DNA of 64,000 nucleotides from an uncultured Planctomycetia bacterium (GCA_964642015.1 CAZXLF010000005.1:139847-203846); one strand, 5' to 3'; positions 49,189 through 58,895 are shown, counted from the stretch's first letter. Notes: generated by a model from the sequence alone, not told the origin. Numbers and translations: made by a program.

Positions 49189-50277
49189 TTACTTTTTGAA
49201 TTTTCCCATCATTCCGATGAACTTATCAAAGTGATGCCACGCATCGTGCGGGCCGGGTGCAGCTTCCGGATGATATTGCACCGAAAAGATCGGAAGTTTT
49301 TTATGTTCCATACCTTCGCACGTTCTGTCATTCAAATTGATGTGCGTTAGTTCGACGTTCTTATCTGGGATCGAATCCACATCGACTGCGAAACCGTGAT
49401 TCTGAGCCGTGATCTCGACACTTTTTGTTCGGAGATCGATCACGGGCTGATTTCCGCCATGATGACCGAATTTCAACTTGAAAGTTTTTCCTCCGAACGC
49501 CTGTCCTAATATCTGATGTCCAAGACAGATCCCGAAGATCGGCATCTCGCCCAATAATCCTTTGACCGTATTCACAATATAAGGGAGCGCTTCGGGATCA
49601 CCGGGACCGTTAGATAAAAACAGTCCATGAGGTTTGAACGCTTTGATGTCATCTTTAGTTGCCGTCGCCGGAACAACACGCACGCGGCAATTTCTTTTTT
49701 CCAAGTTCCTTAAAATATTATGTTTGATACCGGAATCGATCGCGACGACGCGGAATTTGCCTTTCGTATTCCAGTCATAGACCTTTTTGCACATGACTTC
49801 TTTGATGAGATCGCGGCCAACGAGGCCCTGAGAATTAAGTGCCTTTTTGACGAGACTCTTAGGATCAAGGTCGTTTGTCGAGATAACGCCTTTTTTGGCG
49901 CCTTCTTCCCTGAGATGTTTCGTCAACGCGCGCGTGTCGATACCTTCGATACCGACAATGTGATTTCTTTTAAGGTAAGAACCAAGGTCTTCTGTCGCGC
50001 GCCAATTCGAATAGATCTTGCTGACTTCTTTGACAATAAAGCCTTCTACAAAAGGGCGCGTAGATTCGACGTCTTGGCGGTTGACGCCGTAGTTTCCTAT
50101 TAAAGGATAGGTCATGCAGACCATCTGGCCTTTATAGGAAGGGTCTGTGAGAATTTCCTGATAGCCCATCATGCTGGTATTGAAAACTACTTCGCCGTAG
50201 GCTTCGCCGACGGCACCGAAAGAATAACCTCTGAATATCAGACCATCTTCAAGAGCAAGTATCGCTTCTTTCTTCAT
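49189..50277 (-). CDS. carA: Carbamoyl-phosphate synthase small subunit
   Basis: GYQEILTDPSY, GICLGHQ, QYHPEA. Confidence 0.98.
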   Translation of the reverse strand: MKKEAILALEDGLIFRGYSFGAVGEAYGEVVFNTSMMGYQEILTDPSYKGQMVCMTYPLIGNYGVNRQDVESTRPFVEGFIVKEVSKIYSNWRATEDLGSYLKRNHIVGIEGIDTRALTKHLREEGAKKGVISTNDLDPKSLVKKALNSQGLVGRDLIKEVMCKKVYDWNTKGKFRVVAIDSGIKHNILRNLEKRNCRVRVVPATATKDDIKAFKPHGLFLSNGPGDPEALPYIVNTVKGLLGEMPIFGICLGHQILGQAFGGKTFKLKFGHHGGNQPVIDLRTKSVEITAQNHGFAVDVDSIPDKNVELTHINLNDRTCEGMEHKKLPIFSVQYHPEAAPGPHDAWHHFDKFIGMMGKFKK

Positions 50278-51563
50278 TTACCGAGGATCACTCCGTCCTG
50301 CAATATCGGTTGTCCTTCGACCAGAACGTCTGTGGCTCTGCCTTTCATTTTCCAGCCAAGGAATGGTGAATTTTTTGATTTAGATTCCAATTTTTCTTTT
50401 TCGACGACCCACTGCGCTTCCGGATCGAATATCGTCACATCGGCGACTGCGCCTTCCGAAAGATGTCCGTGATCGATCCTTAAAATTTCTGCCGGTTTGA
50501 ACGACATTTTGGTCACAAGTTCCGATAATGATATCACTTTTTCTTCAACTAATCTCAAAGAAAGAGAAAGCGATGTCTCGAGGCCGATGATACCGAACGG
50601 CGCTTTGTCGAATTCAGCGTCTTTTTCGCTTTCGGCATGCGGTGCATGATCTGTTGAGATAATATCGATCGTGCCATCCTTCAAAGATTTTTTGATCGCT
50701 TTGACATCCTCCTCAGTTCTAAGCGGAGGATTCATTTTTGCGTTCGTATTGTAATGCAGCACCGATTCATCGGTCAGATGAAAGTAATGCGGACATGTTT
50801 CGGCGGTCACGTGGGAGCCTTGCGCTTTCGCTTGGCGGATGAGATCGAGCGATTTTTTGCTGGAAATGTGGCAAAAATGCAGCCGCGCGCCGGTCAGATC
50901 AGCCAGTTGAATGTCTCGCGCGACCTCCACGCTTTCTGATTCCACCGGAATACCCGGAAGCCCGAGTCTTGTGGATACAAAACCTTCATTCATGCAGCCG
51001 CCGCAAAAAAGACCTTCATCCTGGCAATGCACCATGATGACCAAGTCAAATTTTTTGGAATATTCGCAAGCACGCCTTAAAATATTCGAATCTGAGATCG
51101 GGCGCCCGTCATCGGACAAAGCCGCGGCTCCGCCTTTTTTCAATTCACCGAATTCTGTGAGTTCTTTTCCTTCTTCTCTTAGCGTCACGGCACCCACAGG
51201 CCAGATCCTCGCCAACGAAAGACGTTTGGCTTCGCCGATCAGAAATTCCATGTCCGAACGGCTGTCGGCGATCGGATTGGTGTTGGGCATCGGACAAACC
51301 CCTGTAAAACCGCCTTTGAGCGCCGCTCTCAAACCCGTTTCGATCGTTTCCTTGTATTCATAACCGGGTTGTCTCAGATGAACGTGAACATCAATCAATC
51401 CGGGGCAAACGATCTTTCCTTTAGCGTTGATCTCTTTATCCGCTTTTTCGGAAATAGTTTTCGAGACTTTTTTAATTCTCCCGCTTTCGATCAAAACATC
51501 CATGAGGCCATCGATCTTATTTTTCGGATCAACGAGATGCCCGCCTTTGATGAGAATCTTCAT
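50274..51563 (-). CDS. pyrC: Dihydroorotase
   Basis: DVHVHLR, MPNT, KMNPPLR, TDHAPH. Confidence 0.97.
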   Translation of the reverse strand: MKILIKGGHLVDPKNKIDGLMDVLIESGRIKKVSKTISEKADKEINAKGKIVCPGLIDVHVHLRQPGYEYKETIETGLRAALKGGFTGVCPMPNTNPIADSRSDMEFLIGEAKRLSLARIWPVGAVTLREEGKELTEFGELKKGGAAALSDDGRPISDSNILRRACEYSKKFDLVIMVHCQDEGLFCGGCMNEGFVSTRLGLPGIPVESESVEVARDIQLADLTGARLHFCHISSKKSLDLIRQAKAQGSHVTAETCPHYFHLTDESVLHYNTNAKMNPPLRTEEDVKAIKKSLKDGTIDIISTDHAPHAESEKDAEFDKAPFGIIGLETSLSLSLRLVEEKVISLSELVTKMSFKPAEILRIDHGHLSEGAVADVTIFDPEAQWVVEKEKLESKSKNSPFLGWKMKGRATDVLVEGQPILQDGVILGK

Positions 51564-52525
51564 GCTTTTCTCTCCACCATCGTCGTATGAAATAAAATGG
51601 CCATGCGCACCGCAACACCGTTTGTTACTTGGTCCAAAATAACCGATTGCGGTCCGTCGGCCACTTCCGAAGCAAGTTCGACTCCACGATTAATAGGGCC
51701 CGGATGCATGATGATGACATCTTTCTTGGCTTTCTTCATACGGTCTTTCGAAATTCCATATTCCGCCGCGTACTCGCGGATCGATGGAAAAAATGCACCT
51801 TTCTGGCGCTCAAGCTGGATCCTTAAAATATTCAAAACATCCTGATCTTTGATCACATGGTCAAGATCGTAACTCACTTCGACTCCCATTTTTTCAATTC
51901 CTACCGGAATCAGCGTCGGAGGTCCACATACTGTGATCTTCGCGCCCATTTTTTTGAGTCCCCAGATATTTGAGCGCGCCACGCGCGAATGAAGGATATC
52001 TCCGACAAGACACACGCGTATGCCTTCCAAATTCTTTTTTCTCTCTCTGATTGTAAAAATATCCAAAAGCCCCTGCGTGGGATGTTCGTGGATCCCGTCT
52101 CCGGCATTGATCACACCAGCTTTCACACAATGAGCCAAATACTCCGCAGAACCGGATGAAGGATGGCGCATCACGATCGTATCGACATGCATCGCTTCGA
52201 TATTCTTGGCCGTATCGGCAAGGCTTTCGCCTTTGGAGGTGCTGGAACTAGATGAAGAAAAATTGATGATATCCGCCGAAAGCCGTTTGGCAGCGAGCTC
52301 GAAACTCGTGCGTGTACGCGTCGACGGTTCGAAAAAAAGATTGGCGATCGTCTTGCCGCGTAACGCAGGCACTTTTTTAACTTCACGATTCGAGACTTCC
52401 TTGAAAGACTCCGCCGTGGTTAATATCAATTCTATTTCTTCGCGGGACAGTTCCTCGACCGACAAAAAATCCTTTTTTGTCCACACCGCTTTTTCAGTTT
52501 TTTCGGTGATTTCTTTAGTTGTCAT
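51560..52525 (-). CDS. pyrB: Aspartate carbamoyltransferase catalytic subunit
   Basis: FFEPSTRTR, HPTQ, HSRVARS, MHPGPINRG. Confidence 0.98.
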   Translation of the reverse strand: MTTKEITEKTEKAVWTKKDFLSVEELSREEIELILTTAESFKEVSNREVKKVPALRGKTIANLFFEPSTRTRTSFELAAKRLSADIINFSSSSSSTSKGESLADTAKNIEAMHVDTIVMRHPSSGSAEYLAHCVKAGVINAGDGIHEHPTQGLLDIFTIRERKKNLEGIRVCLVGDILHSRVARSNIWGLKKMGAKITVCGPPTLIPVGIEKMGVEVSYDLDHVIKDQDVLNILRIQLERQKGAFFPSIREYAAEYGISKDRMKKAKKDVIIMHPGPINRGVELASEVADGPQSVILDQVTNGVAVRMAILFHTTMVERKA

Positions 52526-53049
52526 TTTTGCGCCACGACCACTTCTTCTTTTTTATCTGTTTCGGTAAAATGCACATGAACGATCTCGTCTTCGTTGGTT
52601 GGAATATTTTTTCCTACAAAATCCGCACGGATCGGAAGCTCGCGATGCCCGCGGTCGATCAATACAGCAAGCTCGATCCTTTTCGGACGGCCGAAATCGA
52701 CGAGCGCGTCCAGCGCCGACCGGATCGTCCTGCCTGTATAAAGCACGTCATCGACAAGCACGACGGTCTTGTTGTTGAGATCAAAATTGATCTCTGTTTT
52801 ATGAATAATGGGTTGTTCGGATACTTTAGTGAGATCGTCCCGGTAAAGATTGATATCGAGGATACCGACAGGTACTTTTGTTTTGGCGATCAGCTCAAGT
52901 GCCTTTTCAAGACGTCCGGCCAGGATAACGCCGCGCGTTTGAATACCAATAAGCGTCAGGCCTTCAGTTCCCTTATTTTTCTCGAGTATCTCATGAGCCA
53001 TCCGGACCACAGATCTCTCGATCGAGGGAGCGTCTAGGACCAGCTTCAT
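52522..53049 (-). CDS. pyrR: Pyrimidine attenuation protein PyrR
   Basis: LYRDD, VDDVLYTGRTIR, DRGHRELPIRADFVGKN. Confidence 0.97.
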   Translation of the reverse strand: MKLVLDAPSIERSVVRMAHEILEKNKGTEGLTLIGIQTRGVILAGRLEKALELIAKTKVPVGILDINLYRDDLTKVSEQPIIHKTEINFDLNNKTVVLVDDVLYTGRTIRSALDALVDFGRPKRIELAVLIDRGHRELPIRADFVGKNIPTNEDEIVHVHFTETDKKEEVVVAQK

Positions 53050-53132
53050 TTAGCGATCCGGACAGAACCGTAGGCAAAAAAAATCCCACGCTCTTCGGAT
53101 AGACGTGGGTTCAGAATATAGTTAGCACTCAT
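53046..53132 (-). CDS. Putative pyr leader peptide MSANYILNPRLSEERGIFFAYGSVRIAK
   Basis: SD AAGGAG 7 nt before ATG 53132; open frame through the terminator; TGA overlaps pyrR ATG. Confidence 0.6.
   Translation of the reverse strand: MSANYILNPRLSEERGIFFAYGSVRIAK
53076..53109 (-). terminator. pyr attenuator terminator
   Basis: CCCACG...CGTGGG-A-T8. Confidence 0.88.
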
Positions 53133-53140
53133 CTTTGGCT

Positions 53141-53174
53141 CCTTTACGAGTCTCTCATGGACCCGCTTAAAAGG
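53141..53174 (-). promoter_or_regulatory. PyrR-binding RNA hairpin
   Basis: CCTTTTAA-GCGGGTCCATGAGAGACTCGT-AAAGG matches the UUUAA / GUCC.NGAGAG.CU PyrR-site pattern. Confidence 0.85.
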
Positions 53175-53195
53175 TCAGTAAATCAAACCTGTGGA

Positions 53196-53224
53196 AGTAT
53201 ACTCTCTAACGAAAAACTTGTCAA
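53196..53224 (-). promoter_or_regulatory. pyr operon promoter TTGACA-N17-TATACT
   Basis: Near-perfect sigma70 consensus. Confidence 0.88.
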
Positions 53225-53229
53225 TAGCT

Positions 53230-54471
53230 TCAGATCCAGGACCTAAACCACATATGCTGTCTGAAATAAGCTTCAGTGATCAGCGTGCCGTTATACAACG
53301 GATACCAATAGAAGAACATGACAATGACTAAAGCCAGATAAACACAGACTGCGACGCGGCCGGCGGCATTTTTTTGCCATAATCTGTCCAAAATAATTGC
53401 GAATGCGATCTCAGCGAACGGCATGACTGTATAAATATAATGAAAAAATTTCACCCGGCTGACCGGCGCCCACTGAAGCCATTGGGTAAAAAAACCAACA
53501 ATGATAAAAACATTAAACAATGTTCTATTCTTAAAAAAGTCTTTCAATGCAACAGCCATCGCGACCGGCATCAGCCAAAAGATCAAAGGATTTCCGATAC
53601 AGATAATCCCATGCACCATGCTGATCCCGCTTATCTGGCTTGATCTGTAAAAATACCAGATCGGCCTCAACATCAGAGGCCATGACCACCATTCCGAACC
53701 GTAAATATGAGTTTGCTTTAATTGCAAATGGTATTTGAACATATGGACCTGTAGATGCCAAATCGAAAACCAATTAAATCCTTGAATAAAAGGAATAACT
53801 AAAAAAGTACTTTCATAGACAAGAAACGGTATCAGTATAAAATACAAGGATGTTTCTTTAATCAGAGATGTTTTGTCTTTTTCCTTTTTCCAAAGTTCCC
53901 AATAAAAAATCAATAAGATAATAGTAACGCTTAGGCCAATAAGCCGTACTGCCACAGAAAACGCGAAAAACAAACCTGAGAAAAAAAACGCTTTTTGCCG
54001 TGACCATTCTTTGGTTACAACATGCTTCATCAAAAACCAAACGGATAAGAACATGAAAAAATACATCGGTGAATTCAGCATCCCGATCCGCGCTTGGGTG
54101 AAGGACACACCGTCCAATCCAAACAACAATGACGTAAAAAAAGCGGTCCGATCGCTTTTTGTTAGTTGTCTGGTAATGGTGTACAGGATCATCAAGCATC
54201 CGAATCCGCACAAGAGAGATACTAAACGCCACGCCCAAGTGTGGTCACCAAAAATAAAGATGCTTAACGCGATAAGGAGCTTTCCTAGCGGTGGCTGGAC
54301 AGTATCAGTATATCCGTTGAGATGAATGATCTGGTTGGCAGTCTTAACAAAATAGACCTCGTCATAATACATTTCTTTCGGGAATTGAAGATTGTAGCCA
54401 TAAAGTCCGAAATACAAGAGTGCTGCTACTGCCCATGCGATCGATTTTTTATGATATAATAATTGTTTCAA
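53230..54471 (-). CDS. Protein O-mannosyltransferase-like GT-C (PMT family)
   Basis: YYDEVYF, QPPLGK, WAWR, HIYGSEWWSWPLMLRPIWY; multi-TM. Confidence 0.85.
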   Translation of the reverse strand: MKQLLYHKKSIAWAVAALLYFGLYGYNLQFPKEMYYDEVYFVKTANQIIHLNGYTDTVQPPLGKLLIALSIFIFGDHTWAWRLVSLLCGFGCLMILYTITRQLTKSDRTAFFTSLLFGLDGVSFTQARIGMLNSPMYFFMFLSVWFLMKHVVTKEWSRQKAFFFSGLFFAFSVAVRLIGLSVTIILLIFYWELWKKEKDKTSLIKETSLYFILIPFLVYESTFLVIPFIQGFNWFSIWHLQVHMFKYHLQLKQTHIYGSEWWSWPLMLRPIWYFYRSSQISGISMVHGIICIGNPLIFWLMPVAMAVALKDFFKNRTLFNVFIIVGFFTQWLQWAPVSRVKFFHYIYTVMPFAEIAFAIILDRLWQKNAAGRVAVCVYLALVIVMFFYWYPLYNGTLITEAYFRQHMWFRSWI

Positions 54472-54475
54472 GGGG

Positions 54476-54904
54476 ATGATAAGTGTGAAAACTAAATATT
54501 TTATCTATTTACTTATAGGCTTATTGCTGTTGGCATCTACAAGCTCTAAAGCTGCCTCCGATGCCTTTACTACAGGTAAAGATTGGACTCAGAAAATGTC
54601 TAAAGGCGAGAAATTCATATCTATTTACGCGCCTATGATCCTCTTCCACCGGTACGGTGTTAACTTCCGGAAGAGTCCTTCCGAATACAGTGAAACGATC
54701 GATAAAGTGCTGTTAGAAAATCCTTACCTCGAAAAGGAAGACGTGTCGAATATTTTCGCATCTACCGTTTATGCTTACGAGCCCGAATCCAGACGCGCTT
54801 TTATGATCATGAAAGCAGAATCCGCCGACGGTTATTTAAAACCCACTCTTTTGATCAAAGAACAGCCGAATTCCGAAGTCAATCCTTCAAAAAACGAACA
54901 ATAA
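54476..54904 (+). CDS. Exported hypothetical protein
   Basis: Signal-peptide-like N-terminus; ends at a bidirectional terminator. Confidence 0.7.
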   Translation: MISVKTKYFIYLLIGLLLLASTSSKAASDAFTTGKDWTQKMSKGEKFISIYAPMILFHRYGVNFRKSPSEYSETIDKVLLENPYLEKEDVSNIFASTVYAYEPESRRAFMIMKAESADGYLKPTLLIKEQPNSEVNPSKNEQ

Positions 54905-54907
54905 AAA

Positions 54908-54950
54908 TTCCCCGTTTCTTTTTGGTCGGAATTCAAAAAGGAACGGGGAA
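54908..54950. terminator. Bidirectional terminator
   Basis: TTCCCCGTTTCTTTTTG / CAAAAAGGAACGGGGAA long stem between convergent genes. Confidence 0.75.
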
Positions 54951-54958
54951 ATATTTTA

Positions 54959-55399
54959 TCAGCCCTTTTTCAAAACGCTCTGCATCAACTCATCGGACCT
55001 TGAAAACTCGATCCATTTCTTTTCCGATAAAAAATGAGCCAACACGGCAAGCGGGACTCCAATATCAATAACTCCCAGCAAAATAGCCAGGAATAATTTG
55101 ATCTCTCTGGATAACGGCGCGAACGCAAGCCAAACAAAAGGCACGACCACCACAGCGGCTGCCGCCGTAGCGACAACGAACAGGATCACCGCCAAGACAA
55201 GAACCTGCTTACGCAAAAGCTGTATGATCCGCAAATAATAAGCGGCTGCTTCCAGCTTCACAAGATCGATCGACTTGGACTGGTATTGTTTGAAAAGACC
55301 AACCGTCGCGTCCAACAAAAGTTCTTTGAACTTTTTTACCAGATCCATTTTGAAAATGGCCGGAAGAACGAATTTATTACTGCCGTTTAGATGAGCCAA
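54959..55399 (-). CDS. 2-TM membrane protein (YqjE-like by context)
   Basis: Two hydrophobic segments; follows the DUF883 gene as in yqjD-yqjE. Confidence 0.6.
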   Translation of the reverse strand: MAHLNGSNKFVLPAIFKMDLVKKFKELLLDATVGLFKQYQSKSIDLVKLEAAAYYLRIIQLLRKQVLVLAVILFVVATAAAAVVVVPFVWLAFAPLSREIKLFLAILLGVIDIGVPLAVLAHFLSEKKWIEFSRSDELMQSVLKKG

Positions 55400-55718
55400 G
55401 AATATACCCCAAAAGCAGAGCTCCTAAAGCAGCCCCACCAATGTACGGCCATGGATTCTCATGAACTTTTTCATCCAGATCCGTAGCGACTTCTTTAAAC
55501 TTCTCGCCACCCTCTTCGATTGCGGCTTGAGCAGTTTTCTTGAATCGATTGAATTCCTTCACCTTATCAGAAGCCACTTCTTGGATCGCATCCTTGATAT
55601 GGGAATATTTATCTCCCAGAAGGTTCTGAATCTCATTCTTCTTCTCTTTAGCTGCTTCGTTAAGCAACTGAAGAGCTTCTTCAAATTTCCTATTGCTATT
55701 GGAAACTTCTGCACTCAT
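55377..55718 (-). CDS. DUF883 (ElaB/YqjD) family protein
   Basis: C-terminal VHENPWPYIGGAALGALLLGYILG tail anchor. Confidence 0.88.
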   Translation of the reverse strand: MSAEVSNSNRKFEEALQLLNEAAKEKKNEIQNLLGDKYSHIKDAIQEVASDKVKEFNRFKKTAQAAIEEGGEKFKEVATDLDEKVHENPWPYIGGAALGALLLGYILGSSKRQ

Positions 55719-55839
55719 GGCATTTCCCTTTCTCTTAAGCGGTTGACGTCTTTAAAACAGGATCTATCCCTGAAGGATTTGTGGGGGGTATTATACTACA
55801 AGGCCTAGGATTAAGAAAACACTATCCATAACGAGATTT

Positions 55840-56241
55840 TTAGGATAATCCGGGGGTTTCGAAGCGGTTTCCGATGACTTCTATATCCAGATTTTCAGGA
55901 TTTCCGGTTATCCCATGCCTTAAAAGAAGGCTGCGAAGCGGGTGAATCTTCTTGGAACCGAACATATCCGCTATCGAATCGACGACATCCTTGAATTTCT
56001 TTCCCTGATAAGATACTTGAACAATGTCGCCTTCGTAAATCTCGACACGGTTCTTATCAAGAACTGAACTTCCTTCCAGCATTTCGCAATCATCGTAGCT
56101 TGCGCGCTTTACCGGCTTACCCTTTCCGTCATTGGCACCATGATCATCGTCGCAGAGCAGCACATGAAAAAGTTTTTGATAACCGCGGTAGTACATTTTC
56201 TTTTCTGGAATATACCAAACGCGGAATCGCAAATCTTTCAT
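55840..56241 (-). CDS. YopX family protein
   Basis: LRFRVW, DKNRVEIYEGDIV, EVIGNRFETP. Confidence 0.85.
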   Translation of the reverse strand: MKDLRFRVWYIPEKKMYYRGYQKLFHVLLCDDDHGANDGKGKPVKRASYDDCEMLEGSSVLDKNRVEIYEGDIVQVSYQGKKFKDVVDSIADMFGSKKIHPLRSLLLRHGITGNPENLDIEVIGNRFETPGLS

Positions 56242-56248
56242 CAGATCT

Positions 56249-56935
56249 CTAACGCTTCTGTGAAGTCAGGTTGAAAAGTATCACGAATTCGCCCAGGATC
56301 TTCTTACCGGAAAAATGAGAAATGATCCTGCTGACTTTTTCTCTGATCACTTCCTCGAATTTTTTCGTAAGTTCACGGGCAACGACGATCTCCACGTCGC
56401 CGAAAACATCTTGGATCGCCTCAAGCGTTTTTAAAACGCGATACGGTGATTCGTAAAAAATAACGGTCCGTTCTTCGTCCTTTAAAGATTTGAGTTTTGT
56501 CTTTTTCTGCCCTGATTTTACCGGAAAAAACCCTTCGAATATGAACCGGTCAGCCGGAAGGCCTGACACCACAAGAGCTGACAAAAAAGCTGAAGCTCCC
56601 GGCAATGATTCGATTCTAATGCCTTCATGGACCGCGCCCGCAATCAGGCGGTAACCGGGATCCGCAATGCCCGGTGTCCCCGCATCCGAGATAAGAGCAA
56701 CGTTTGCTCCGTTTTTTATCTTTTCTAAAAGTTCAGGAGCACGCTTTTTTTCTGAAAAATCGAAATAACTGACAAGCGGTTTACTGATCCCATAATGATC
56801 GAGAAGTATTTTTGAATGGCGCGTATCTTCGCAGGCAATGAGATCGACTTTTTTTAAAACTTCGATCGCACGTACCGTGAGATCGCCAAGATTTCCTATC
56901 GGTGTAGCTACAAGATATAAAGTTCCGCGATTCAT
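56249..56935 (-). CDS. rsmI: 16S rRNA C1402 2'-O-methyltransferase
   Basis: LYLVATPIGNLGD, CEDTR, SDAGTPGIADPG, ARELTKKFEE; ATG 56935 overlaps the glmS stop. Confidence 0.96.
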   Translation of the reverse strand: MNRGTLYLVATPIGNLGDLTVRAIEVLKKVDLIACEDTRHSKILLDHYGISKPLVSYFDFSEKKRAPELLEKIKNGANVALISDAGTPGIADPGYRLIAGAVHEGIRIESLPGASAFLSALVVSGLPADRFIFEGFFPVKSGQKKTKLKSLKDEERTVIFYESPYRVLKTLEAIQDVFGDVEIVVARELTKKFEEVIREKVSRIISHFSGKKILGEFVILFNLTSQKR

Positions 56936-58839
56936 CACTCGACCGTGACAGACTTGGCAAGATTCCTCGGCTGGTCGATATCTTCCCCGAATTCTTTGGC
57001 CACGCAATAAGCGATCAGCTGAAGCGGTAATACCGTGACGAGCGGAGAAAATATCTCGGAAACCTTCGGCACTTCGATCGAATAAAAAGGATTCAGCTTA
57101 TGGATCTCTTTGTCGCCTTCGGTAATGATCGGTATGATCATGCCGCCGCGTGCTTTGATCTCCTGGATATTCGAGATCATTTTTTCGTATGTACTCGACG
57201 CAGGTGCTATGCAGATCACCCACGGATTTTCATCGATCAATGCGATCGGTCCATGCTTCATTTCGCCGGAAGGATAACCTTCGGCAGGGATATAGGAAAT
57301 TTCTTTCAATTTAAGCGCACCCTCGAGCGCATTCGGATAATTGATCCCTCGGCCGAGATACAAAAAGAAACCGTTCGGAGAACGCTTTCTCTGTGTCGGA
57401 TCAGTGGAAAAGTATTTTTCAAGTTGCGCATGATACCGTTTATTAAAATCATGCGCATTCTTCGCCCATTGCTTCTCTTCTTTCTTGTAAACATCCAACA
57501 ATTTCTGCATCTTGGAAGGAATCTGGAAAAATTCCCGAAGCAGTTTTTGAATTTTCACTTTCGGCATTGTATTCAAAATTTGGGCAAGGTAAAAACCGAT
57601 CAAATAAAGGATCGTGAGCTGCGCCGTGTACGCTTTCGTCGAAGCAACAGCGATCTCGGGACCCGCGTGCGTGTAAATCACGCCTTTCGCTTCACGTGGG
57701 AGCGAACTTCCAAGCACGTTACATATTGTGAGCGTCAACGCCTTTTTCGATTTAGCTTCTCTAAGACCTGCCAGCGTATCCGCCGTTTCTCCGCTTTGAG
57801 AAATAGCAATAACTAATGTGTTTTTATCGACGTTCGGATTCCGGTAACGGAACTCCGATGAAGTATCGACCCAAACAGGGATGTTCGTGAATTCCTCCAA
57901 GATATATTTTCCGACAAGTCCCGCATGGTACGCCGTGCCACAGGCAATGATGACAATGCGCTTAATCCTTTTGAATTCAGCAGGCGCGATCTTTAGCTCG
58001 TCAAAATGGATGTGAGCGCTTTTGATCCTTTCGCGCAGGATCGCTGTGATGATCCCGGGCTGCTCAAAGATCTCCTTGATCATATAATGCTGAAAACCAC
58101 CCTTCTTCGCTTGGGAAACGTTCCAATCGACAGTCACCGGCACATGATGCACAGGTTTGCCTTCTAAATCCGTGATCTTGATCGTATCCTGTACCAGAAC
58201 AATGATCTCACCGTTCTCGACGAAAATAACCTTATTCGTATGTTCAAGAAGCGCCGATACGTCGCTGGCTAGAAAATTTTCCTTATTTCCAATTCCAATA
58301 ACTAACGGACTGTCATACTTTGCAGCGACGATCTTTCCGGGTTCTTTGGAACAGATCACCGCGATCGCATAAGTCCCGCGGATGTCTTTCAGTGCGCGTC
58401 TCACAGCGCTTTCAAGATCATTTTTGTAATATTTAGCTACAAGATGAACGATGACTTCGGTATCCGTTTCCGAGCGGAAGCGCGCGCCTTCTTTTTTTAA
58501 TTTTTCCTTCAGATGAGAATAATTCTCGATGATGCCGTTATGCACGACGGCGATCTCATTCTGATTATCCAAATGCGGATGCGCGTTGAGCTGATTGGGA
58601 GTGCCGTGCGTAGCCCAGCGAGTGTGACCGATCGCTGTATGACCTTTTAAAGGATGTGAGCGCAACACATCTTCGAGGTTCTTGATCTTGCCGTGGGTTT
58701 TCTCAAAAGCGATAGAATTCAGGCCATTCTGGATCGCAACGCCTGAAGAATCATACCCTCGGTATTCGAGATGTTTGAGACCTTGGATGACTAAAGGTTG
58801 GGCTTCCTTCCGGCCGGTATAACCAAATATTCCGCACAT
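56935..58839 (-). CDS. glmS: Glutamine-fructose-6-phosphate aminotransferase
   Basis: MCGIFG, EYRGYDS, HTRWATHG, SQSGETAD, PRNLAKSVTVE. Confidence 0.98.
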   Translation of the reverse strand: MCGIFGYTGRKEAQPLVIQGLKHLEYRGYDSSGVAIQNGLNSIAFEKTHGKIKNLEDVLRSHPLKGHTAIGHTRWATHGTPNQLNAHPHLDNQNEIAVVHNGIIENYSHLKEKLKKEGARFRSETDTEVIVHLVAKYYKNDLESAVRRALKDIRGTYAIAVICSKEPGKIVAAKYDSPLVIGIGNKENFLASDVSALLEHTNKVIFVENGEIIVLVQDTIKITDLEGKPVHHVPVTVDWNVSQAKKGGFQHYMIKEIFEQPGIITAILRERIKSAHIHFDELKIAPAEFKRIKRIVIIACGTAYHAGLVGKYILEEFTNIPVWVDTSSEFRYRNPNVDKNTLVIAISQSGETADTLAGLREAKSKKALTLTICNVLGSSLPREAKGVIYTHAGPEIAVASTKAYTAQLTILYLIGFYLAQILNTMPKVKIQKLLREFFQIPSKMQKLLDVYKKEEKQWAKNAHDFNKRYHAQLEKYFSTDPTQRKRSPNGFFLYLGRGINYPNALEGALKLKEISYIPAEGYPSGEMKHGPIALIDENPWVICIAPASSTYEKMISNIQEIKARGGMIIPIITEGDKEIHKLNPFYSIEVPKVSEIFSPLVTVLPLQLIAYCVAKEFGEDIDQPRNLAKSVTVE

Positions 58840-58886
58840 AAAGTCGGTTTTTGCTCCTATGAATAGCTGTTAATTTTACCTCAAAA

Positions 58887-58895
58887 TGGTATAAT
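58887..58895 (+). promoter_or_regulatory. Extended -10 (TGGTATAAT) for uppP
   Basis: TGn-TATAAT in the divergent glmS/uppP intergenic region. Confidence 0.6.

Noticed and set aside
57100-57816. 238-aa plus-strand ORF and many other antisense ORFs (e.g. 9455-10003, 15700-16245, 52519-53037)
   Set aside because: They are shadows of well-conserved genes on the opposite strand and have no motifs.
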